Virus record (IMG/VR): IMGVR_UViG_3300037408_000745
Span: 1-36,026 of that record
DNA length: 36,026 nt
DNA from: a virus
Lineage: Duplodnaviria > Caudoviricetes
Reading direction: 5' to 3' (one strand)
The notes under the pieces are model-generated. The model saw only the letters and a program-made list of their open reading frames with translations. It did no database searches and was not told where the DNA came from. The translations under genes and the position numbers were made by a program. Numbering within the stretch: the stretch's first letter is position 1; each line of letters starts with the position of its first letter. Positions 24,898-31,889 of this stretch are shown here, piece after piece.

Positions 24898-26891
24898 ACG
24901 CGATGCTGACTATTACCGAGGCAAGCAGGCTGCTTGGCGTCACCGAACGCCACGCACGCCGGATGTGTGTCAGGGGCAAGCTGGCCGGGGCGTCCTTTGT
25001 CACCGGCGCCTGGCTTATCCCCACGACCGCGCATGCGAAATTTCATCCGGCCGCAGCGCCGGACAGTTTCGATTCCGCCGATATTCCCGAAGCCAAGCGA
25101 GAGGAGGCCCTGCGTCGCCTGGCAATCGTCACCGATGCCGTCCGTTTTGCCGACACGGCGACGGATATCGACCGGGTCGATGCTGTCAGGTTTTTTGCGT
25201 TGATGCAGCATATCGCGTGGCAGACGCTGTACCGATGGATCGCCGCGTGGAAAAAGGACGGCTTATCCGGCCTGGTGGATCGGCGAGGCAAATCCGACGA
25301 CGGTGAATTTGCAATGACACAGGCGGCGTGGGATTTCTTCTGCTCGCTGTATCTGGACCCGCGCAGGCCGTCGGCCAAGACTTGTTATATCAATACGCAG
25401 TTTTATTCGCAGCGGCACGATCTGAACTGGCGACTGCCGACGCTGCGGACGATACAGAACTACATCGACACCCGCATTTCAGAGCCGGTACGGATTTTGC
25501 ACCGCGAGGGGCAGGCGGCCTATGACGCCAAATGCGCCCCGCACATTATTATCGACCAGACCAGCGTCGAGCCGGGCGATGTCTGGGTCGGCGACCATCA
25601 TCAGTTCGACTGCTGGATTTGGCATCGGGGCGAGTGGATTCGCCCGTGGATCACCGCGTGGGAAGATTACCGCAGCCGAAAGATTGTCGGCCGGCACATT
25701 TCAGTTGCGCCCAACTCAACGACGATATTGCTTGCCATGCGGCGGGGCGTCGATGAATTCGGCCCGCCCCAGTCCGTCAAGATAGACAACGGCAAGGATT
25801 ATGACAGCCAGCTCTTCACCGGCCAGACCAAACCGCAGCGGCAAGCGCAAGCGAGCCGATCTCGCAAGGGGAGTCTTTCCGGCGATGAGTGCCAGACCCT
25901 CACCGGCCTGTACGCCATGATGAATATCGGCGTATCGTTTGCGATTCCGTATCATCCGCAATCCAAGAAAATTGAGCGATGGTTTGACACGCTCGATTGC
26001 CAGTTCACCAAGACCGTTCAGACCTATTGCGGCAAGGATACCGCCCGTCGGCCCGAAGCGCTGGCGGAGTATCTCAAAACCGACAAGGCCAAAGCCGAGG
26101 CGTTCACACTGGAGACATTCACGGCGGCGGTTGACCAATATATAACAATTTACAACAGCAGCCCCCACACCGGCGACGGGATGAACGGCCTGTCGCCGGA
26201 TGTGGTCTTTAACCAGCGTACCAGCCGCCGCATGATTGATGCGCAGCTTTTGGATATGCTCATGCGTGTCTGGTCGTCGCCGCTGACCGTCGGCAAGAAC
26301 GGCGTCAAATTCAAAGGCTTCTGGTACGGCCAGTACAGTCAGGTCTTGCATCAGCATTTCGGCTGCAAGGTCCGCGTGGCGTACAATCCCGATGACATCC
26401 GCACGGTCAGCGTCCACGATGCCGCGACGTACAAGCTGATCACGATTGCTGAGCAGGCGACGCTGATGCCTTATGGCCAGATCAATGAAGAGGCCATGCG
26501 TGAGGCGACGGCTAATAAGAGCCGTTGTGTCCGTCTCGTCCGGCAGGCCCGCCCGGCCGCCCGTGTGGCCGCGATGAGCCTGACCGATTTAACGCTTTCG
26601 GCCATGGCGGAAAATACAATAGCCCCAAGCGCAAGCGAGCCGATTTCGACCGCCAACATTAAGCCCGTCCGCACCCCGCTCGATGGCCAGGCCAAGGAAT
26701 ATCTGCGTCAGCGCAATCGGCAGGCCTGCCGCAAGGCCGCCGGCGCTGAATCGATGACGCGGCTGCCGGAATTGGATATGGACCTGGCTGTGCCGGGCAG
26801 GACGGATTATGAGCCGATGGAAATGGATTTATTGGATGACGTTAAACCGCGAAATAATGTAAGGCTGTTTAATAATGGGATCGATCTATGA
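24894..26891 (+). CDS. MuA-like DDE transposase
   Basis: HTH domains, WVGDHH (D), IDNGKDY (D), SKKIERWF (E), YNSSPH and Mu C-terminal VAYNPDD. Confidence 0.95.
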   Translation: MNAMLTITEASRLLGVTERHARRMCVRGKLAGASFVTGAWLIPTTAHAKFHPAAAPDSFDSADIPEAKREEALRRLAIVTDAVRFADTATDIDRVDAVRFFALMQHIAWQTLYRWIAAWKKDGLSGLVDRRGKSDDGEFAMTQAAWDFFCSLYLDPRRPSAKTCYINTQFYSQRHDLNWRLPTLRTIQNYIDTRISEPVRILHREGQAAYDAKCAPHIIIDQTSVEPGDVWVGDHHQFDCWIWHRGEWIRPWITAWEDYRSRKIVGRHISVAPNSTTILLAMRRGVDEFGPPQSVKIDNGKDYDSQLFTGQTKPQRQAQASRSRKGSLSGDECQTLTGLYAMMNIGVSFAIPYHPQSKKIERWFDTLDCQFTKTVQTYCGKDTARRPEALAEYLKTDKAKAEAFTLETFTAAVDQYITIYNSSPHTGDGMNGLSPDVVFNQRTSRRMIDAQLLDMLMRVWSSPLTVGKNGVKFKGFWYGQYSQVLHQHFGCKVRVAYNPDDIRTVSVHDAATYKLITIAEQATLMPYGQINEEAMREATANKSRCVRLVRQARPAARVAAMSLTDLTLSAMAENTIAPSASEPISTANIKPVRTPLDGQAKEYLRQRNRQACRKAAGAESMTRLPELDMDLAVPGRTDYEPMEMDLLDDVKPRNNVRLFNNGIDL

Positions 26892-28047
26892 AAAATCAGA
26901 CCGGCCCACGGATGGACAGGATATCTTAAAAGCGTTGGAGCACGACGCATTTTTTGGCGAGGTGCGGATGCCCGAATTAAACGAACAAGTGACGGAAGCA
27001 CAAGCCCGGATATTTGGCGATGCGCTGCGCGAGTGGATGGCCGAACGCAAGCTGCCGCAGACGGCCGTCGCCGAAAAGACCGGCGTCAGCACGGCGGTCA
27101 TATCGCAGATCGTGCGGGGCAAATATCCCGGCGATACGAAGCTCGTCATTCAGAAGCTGACGAGTTTCATGGATACCTTCGACCGCAAGTCGCGGGTCGA
27201 ACGGGGTAAAGGCTACGTCGATACGACCGTCGCCAAGATGATTTTTATGATCATCAAGCAGACGCAGATATTCAGCGACGAGACCGAGGCCCGGATTGGC
27301 GTCATCATCGGCGACGCCGGCCACGGCAAAAGCGTCTGCCTCAAACAATACGCCAAGGTCAATTTTAACAGCTCCGTCTATGTGGAGTTGGATGACACGA
27401 TGACGTCGGCGGCGATGTTCGCCGAGATCGCATCCGCACTGCGTATCGATTCGACCGGCGGCCTCAAGGCCCTGACGCAGCGAATCGTGGCACGATACAG
27501 CGGCCGCGATATGGTCTTTATCCTGGATGAGGCCAGCGGCCTTAACGCCCACAAGCTCAATCAGCTTCGGCAGATTATCAGCGTCCGCTGCAAGTGTCCT
27601 CTGGTATTGGCGGGCAATGCCCACCTCGAAAGCACGCTGGTGCAGAGCACGGAGCGGCGGGGTAATGAATGTCTGGACCAGTTCAATTCCCGCATCCTCG
27701 GCAAGCTCAATCTCGACAAGCTGGCCGCCAATCCCGGCGGCGGCGGGCTTTATACCGCCGACGATATCAAGCGGCTTTACGAGTACGGCGGCATCACGCT
27801 GACGAAAGAGGCGGTCAAGAAGCTGCGTCAAATCTGCATGACCCCGCGAACGGGCAGGCTGCGGACGTGCAGCGTGGTGATCGCCGCGATGCACAAGATG
27901 TCCCGAATTGTCAATGAAGGGATTATCACCGAGGACAATATCATCCAGACGATCTATAAGCTCGGCCTGCCCATTGAGGATCGGCTGCCGTTCCTGGTGG
28001 ATACCGAGCGTCCGGCGGAATCGGAGCAGAAAGCGAAAACAGCGTAG
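26875..28047 (+). CDS. MuB-like AAA+ transposition ATPase
   Basis: N-terminal HTH, Walker A GDAGHGKS, Walker B FILDEA, LVLAGN, SRI. Confidence 0.93.
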   Translation: MGSIYEKSDRPTDGQDILKALEHDAFFGEVRMPELNEQVTEAQARIFGDALREWMAERKLPQTAVAEKTGVSTAVISQIVRGKYPGDTKLVIQKLTSFMDTFDRKSRVERGKGYVDTTVAKMIFMIIKQTQIFSDETEARIGVIIGDAGHGKSVCLKQYAKVNFNSSVYVELDDTMTSAAMFAEIASALRIDSTGGLKALTQRIVARYSGRDMVFILDEASGLNAHKLNQLRQIISVRCKCPLVLAGNAHLESTLVQSTERRGNECLDQFNSRILGKLNLDKLAANPGGGGLYTADDIKRLYEYGGITLTKEAVKKLRQICMTPRTGRLRTCSVVIAAMHKMSRIVNEGIITEDNIIQTIYKLGLPIEDRLPFLVDTERPAESEQKAKTA

Positions 28048-28072
28048 CGTAGCCGAAGCCTCCGTGCTTCGG
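28048..28072 (+). repeat. GTAG-family REP-like element, copy 2
   Basis: CGTAGCCGAAGCCTCCGTGCTTCGG directly after the MuB stop. Confidence 0.85.
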
Positions 28073-28091
28073 TCTTTTTAAGGACTGAAAA

Positions 28092-28289
28092 ATGAAATTC
28101 TTAATTGAGATGAAAAAGTCCGGGACGCCCCTGTATTACATGGGGTCGGGCACGATGGCCGGCGGCATGGCGAATTTCTGCGGCGACATCAATATGGCCT
28201 CGCGCTTCGCGTCCGAAGCCGCCGCACAGGCAAAAATTGACGAGATGCAAGCGACGGACGCGCTGAAGGTCACGGAAGAAAAAACGTAG
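28092..28289 (+). CDS. Small hypothetical protein (paralog 1)
   Basis: AAGGA RBS; its TAG stop is supplied by REP copy 3. Confidence 0.7.
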   Translation: MKFLIEMKKSGTPLYYMGSGTMAGGMANFCGDINMASRFASEAAAQAKIDEMQATDALKVTEEKT

Positions 28290-28343
28290 CCGAAGCCTCC
28301 GTGCTTCGGATTGATTAATGATTAATGAGTAATTGATTATTGA
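28285..28343 (+). repeat. REP-like copy 3 plus TGATTAA heptamer array
   Basis: Identical to copy 2, followed by TTGATTAATGATTAATGAGTAATTGATTATTGA. Confidence 0.85.
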
Positions 28344-28355
28344 GGATTTTGGAAG

Positions 28356-28571
28356 ATGCTTTTGTACCTGATTAAGTTTAAGAACCAGGCGACCGCGACG
28401 TATTTCAGCGGGACAAGTGTCCAGCGGGATCGGGAGTGCTGGTATTTTACCGACAATATCGACCATGCGATCCGGACGGGCGACAAGGCGACCGCCGAAC
28501 ACATTAGAAACAATATGCCGATGAAGGATTCGCTGGTCGTCGTCGAGCATCAGTTCGGAGATGGAAAATGA
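28356..28571 (+). CDS. Small hypothetical protein (paralog 2)
   Basis: GAGG RBS; shares residue pattern with 28092-28289. Confidence 0.7.
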   Translation: MLLYLIKFKNQATATYFSGTSVQRDRECWYFTDNIDHAIRTGDKATAEHIRNNMPMKDSLVVVEHQFGDGK

Positions 28572-28989
28572 AATCAAAAAAACAATGGCAATGAATAATT
28601 CAGCTAAAAAACATTATTGGGTTACGCCGCCGGATTTGATGGTGTCATTAAAAAGACGTTTCCACTTTGATTTCGACCCCTGTCCTTTTCCGCGACCGGA
28701 TAATTTCGACGGATTGGCGGTACAATGGGGCAAAAAGAATTGGGTTAATCCGCCATTTACAGGCGGAGTAATGCAGTGGATACGTAAAGCAATATCTGAA
28801 CAGCAAAAGGGCAACATGTCGGTGATAATTTTGCCCCTTTATCAAAATCGAGGAATATCAGTTTTAATGGACGCGAAAGCGAAAATTGAATTTTTCGGAA
28901 AGCCCCGTTTTCGGGCGATGGAGGACGGTACGCCCAATCCAGCAAGGTCGGGGGATTTAATACCCTGTGTTTTGTGTATTCTAAAATAA
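28561..28989 (+). CDS. Phage Dam-type DNA N6-adenine methyltransferase-like protein
   Basis: WVTPP, FDFDPC, DGL..QW, WVNPPF, WIRKA, VIILP motifs. Confidence 0.8.
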   Translation: MENEIKKTMAMNNSAKKHYWVTPPDLMVSLKRRFHFDFDPCPFPRPDNFDGLAVQWGKKNWVNPPFTGGVMQWIRKAISEQQKGNMSVIILPLYQNRGISVLMDAKAKIEFFGKPRFRAMEDGTPNPARSGDLIPCVLCILK

Positions 28990-29031
28990 GAAGGTAACTA
29001 TGGTGAGTGAGGCGCTTTAATGGAAAAAAAT

Positions 29032-29062
29032 ATCTGCGAAAATCAGTGAAAATCTGTGGTTT
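29032..29062. repeat. Family A half element
   Basis: ATCTGCGAAAATCAGTGAAAATCTGTGGTTT. Confidence 0.85.
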
Positions 29063-29077
29063 CAAAGAGCGATTTAA

Positions 29078-29605
29078 ATGCCAAATAACGACCAGATAAA
29101 ACTCATTCAAACCGCCGCCAGGGCGGCCGGGTTGCGCAATGGCAAGCAGGATGGCCGCTACCGGATGGTTCTTGCGCAATACCGCGTCAAGAGCAGCAAG
29201 GATATGACTAACGCGCAGATAGACGACTTTCTCGCCATCTGTGAGGCGTTGGGCTGGCGTTATCCGGGCAAGCCGGAGACTTATTTCCGCTCTCGCGCCG
29301 CCGCCAGCGCCGACGGCCGCATGGCAAGCTGGGCGCAGTTGGAGGCTATCGGCCATCTGTCCGGCGACCTTGGATTTCAAGGCGGCGACATATCTATGGC
29401 GAAATTCATCAGCCGCATGACCTGCGGACGGGTTGACGCCAAAGAGCAGCTCACGCTCGATGAGGCGTGGACGATTATCTCGTCGCTCAAAGCGATGCTT
29501 CAGCGCCGCGACGGCGTTAAATATAAAAATTGCACTGATATTAAAACCACTTACACGGAGGTCAAGGAACATGGCAAAGAAGCCGTCAACACGTGTCCGA
29601 TCTAA
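29078..29605 (+). CDS. GemA / DUF1018-like Mu regulatory protein
   Basis: QIKLIQTA.RAAGL....YR.VL....VKSSKDMT...LGW; ASWAQL..I; IISSLKAMLQR. Confidence 0.8.
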   Translation: MPNNDQIKLIQTAARAAGLRNGKQDGRYRMVLAQYRVKSSKDMTNAQIDDFLAICEALGWRYPGKPETYFRSRAAASADGRMASWAQLEAIGHLSGDLGFQGGDISMAKFISRMTCGRVDAKEQLTLDEAWTIISSLKAMLQRRDGVKYKNCTDIKTTYTEVKEHGKEAVNTCPI

Positions 29606-30092
29606 CGTCGTGCTTTATCCGATATCCGGCTGGCCGGAAGCGGATGAGCACCTCAAGCGTATCGGCGAATTGCAACTGCAAATCCAACAGGCCGAGTCGG
29701 ACGCCGCCGGTCAGATCAGCGACATCAAGTCTGAACTGAAGGACGCAACGGAAACGCTTACCGCCGACATCAAGCTGCACATCGACAGCCTGCAGGCGTT
29801 CTGCGCCAATCATCAGGATGATTTCGGCAAGGCCCGCAGCCGCCAGTTGCAGTTCGGCACGGTCGGCTGGCGTGCGAGTTCGGCGATCAAGGTCTGCCGG
29901 GACGCCGTGGACCGGCTCAAAAAGGTATTCGGCAAAAAGGCCGAACCTTACATCCGCGTCAGGGAAGAAGCGGACAAAGAGGCGATGGGCAAGCTGCTCA
30001 CGGATGAGCAGCTCGTCGCCGTCGGCTGCAAACGCGAAAGCAAGGACACTTTTTTCGCCGAGCCCGACCAGCCGGCCGCGGTCGATTACTAA
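29571..30092 (+). CDS. gam: Mu Gam-like host-nuclease inhibitor
   Basis: ADEHLKRIGEL coiled coil, KARSRQLQFGTVGWR, YIRVREEADKEAM, DTFFAEP; RBS before ATG 29571. Confidence 0.9.
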   Translation: MAKKPSTRVRSNVVLYPISGWPEADEHLKRIGELQLQIQQAESDAAGQISDIKSELKDATETLTADIKLHIDSLQAFCANHQDDFGKARSRQLQFGTVGWRASSAIKVCRDAVDRLKKVFGKKAEPYIRVREEADKEAMGKLLTDEQLVAVGCKRESKDTFFAEPDQPAAVDY

Positions 30093-30287
30093 AATCGATA
30101 ATCCAAAAAATCACGCCGAAATGTAGTAGGCGGAAAAAGTATAAAGGCAAGTGTTGGGACTATGGCGTTTTGATAGAACGGACGCGCAATAATTTAGGGT
30201 TATCGTGTGCTACATTGTGTGCCCACCCAAAAGCCCGGCTATCCTATGCCGGGCGACCTGAAAACAAACAGAAAAATCTGAAACGAT

Positions 30288-30641
30288 ATGAGTAGGCCGA
30301 AAAAACCGCCGAATTTCAACGAATACTTAAAACTGTGGCAGGACTATTTTGTCCGATATGACAGATGGATTGTCCATAAAAGAGAGCAAAATAAACGATA
30401 CCGGGTAAAACACCATGAACAGGAAAAGCAGCGACATAAAACAGCGAGAGCAAATAACCCGGAGAAATACCGGGAGTATGGCCGCCGATATCGTATGTCC
30501 GACAAAGGCAAGGCGGCGGCGGTCAAAAACTCGTTAAAGTTCTTGGACAACCACCCGGAAATTCCAGAGCGGTATCTTAATATGATCGAAAAGTTTATCC
30601 GCGTAAGTGAGCGAAATACGAATATCGAACGAATTTCATGA
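30288..30641 (+). CDS. Basic helical hypothetical protein
   Basis: R/K/Y-rich repeats (NPEKYREYGRRYR); ATGA-coupled to the next gene. Confidence 0.65.
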   Translation: MSRPKKPPNFNEYLKLWQDYFVRYDRWIVHKREQNKRYRVKHHEQEKQRHKTARANNPEKYREYGRRYRMSDKGKAAAVKNSLKFLDNHPEIPERYLNMIEKFIRVSERNTNIERIS

Positions 30642-31000
30642 AACCCGTCATTGAAAACGAAAAATTAGCCAACGCCTTAACGCTTCTGAAGGATGCGTCT
30701 AAGCCGCTTCCGGCGGCCGAGATGGCGTCCCGCCTGGGGATAGAAGGCGGCCATGAGACGCAGCGCCGCCGCGTCCGCGAGATTATCGCGGAGCTGCGGA
30801 ATGGCGGCCATTGGATTGTCGCTAATTTTTACGACGGCTACTGGCTGACGGCGGATGCGGCGATGTGGAATGAATTTTGCGAAAAGAAGATGATTGACGG
30901 CAAGCGGATGATCGGCGAGGCGGCAAAGCGAAAAAAGGCGGCGGAAGTTCCAGCCGGGCAGGGCCGTCTGTTTAACCTGAACCCTGCGGCGTGCTGGTAA
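30638..31000 (+). CDS. Winged-HTH DNA-binding protein, candidate late regulator
   Basis: PLPAAEMASRLGI...RRVREIIAELR..GHWI.....GYWL. Confidence 0.75.
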   Translation: MKPVIENEKLANALTLLKDASKPLPAAEMASRLGIEGGHETQRRRVREIIAELRNGGHWIVANFYDGYWLTADAAMWNEFCEKKMIDGKRMIGEAAKRKKAAEVPAGQGRLFNLNPAACW

Positions 31001-31026
31001 CGTAGCCGAAGCGTCCCCGCTTCGGA
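30998..31026 (+). repeat. GTAG-family REP-like element, copy 4
   Basis: 29-bp exact direct repeat of 22591-22619. Confidence 0.85.
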
Positions 31027-31071
31027 AAATAACAAGGATATTTTTAATCGGGCGATGAAAAGAAGATTGGA

Positions 31072-31326
31072 ATGAGCGAAGGATTTTTAGCGGTATTGAG
31101 TTTTGACACGCTGGCCGACTTGCGGCGGGCGGTCGAAGAGCGGATGCTCGAAAAAGGCGTCACGAAATCCGCCCTCGGCGATGCCTGCCCGGCGTTTTTA
31201 TTGAAGCCGGCGGCGCTGACGCAGTGGAACGCCAGCGACCTTGTCCCGGCGACGGTCGCCGATCTTGGCTACCTGGCGGCCCGGCTGGAAATGAAAATCG
31301 AAATAACGGCAATACGGATACTTTAA
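31072..31326 (+). CDS. Degenerate HTH-like hypothetical protein
   Basis: VEERMLEKGVTKSALG...TVADLGYLAARLEMKIEI resembles an XRE fold. Confidence 0.55.
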   Translation: MSEGFLAVLSFDTLADLRRAVEERMLEKGVTKSALGDACPAFLLKPAALTQWNASDLVPATVADLGYLAARLEMKIEITAIRIL

Positions 31327-31328
31327 AT

Positions 31329-31886
31329 ATGGAACGCAATCGCGCAAACGACCCGGCGGTTTATATCCCCGGCAAAACCATCGGCCATCACGGCGGCGGC
31401 GGCTCCGCGACGATCTGGGCGGAAGTTATCGTTAACCTGCTTAACGCCGACGCAGAGGCCACACCGCCGACAACGGGCGTCTCGGCCTACATTATGCGGC
31501 TGACAAGCGATGCCATTGCCAACTGGGTAAGCGGAACAATTTATGCCAAGGACGCCAAGGCTAAAGACTCGACCAGCGGCCGGGCGTACAAATCAAAACA
31601 GGACGCCAATACAGGCCATGCCCTGACCGAAACAGGCTGGTGGGAGATTTTGCCGGAGATATCGCCGCTCCCCTTGGGACATATCGGCACCGCTTGCCCG
31701 GACATGCGAAAGTATATGCCGAGGTATTTAGTCGGTGCCATCGTAGAACTCAAAAAACAAACAATCTCTGGTACAGATTATTATTATCTGCCGGGAATGA
31801 CTTATATTGGAGCGACAAATTCACTTGCTACGTTTGACACCGGAGCCGACGGGCTTGCCCGTGCGGGGGCGGTTTATGCGGGATAA
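31329..31886 (+). CDS. Putative tail-tip protein with CBM5/12-like motif
   Basis: WVSGTIYAKD...GRAYKSKQDANTGH......WW pattern; GGGG linker near the N-terminus. Confidence 0.55.
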   Translation: MERNRANDPAVYIPGKTIGHHGGGGSATIWAEVIVNLLNADAEATPPTTGVSAYIMRLTSDAIANWVSGTIYAKDAKAKDSTSGRAYKSKQDANTGHALTETGWWEILPEISPLPLGHIGTACPDMRKYMPRYLVGAIVELKKQTISGTDYYYLPGMTYIGATNSLATFDTGADGLARAGAVYAG

Positions 31887-31889
31887 AAG

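Noticed and set aside
30093-30287. tRNA or ncRNA in the gap after gam
   Set aside because: Only one short hairpin (about 30233-30254); no cloverleaf or recognisable motif.
30288-30641. HNH endonuclease
   Set aside because: Only the basic helical region is present; no HNH or Cys motif.
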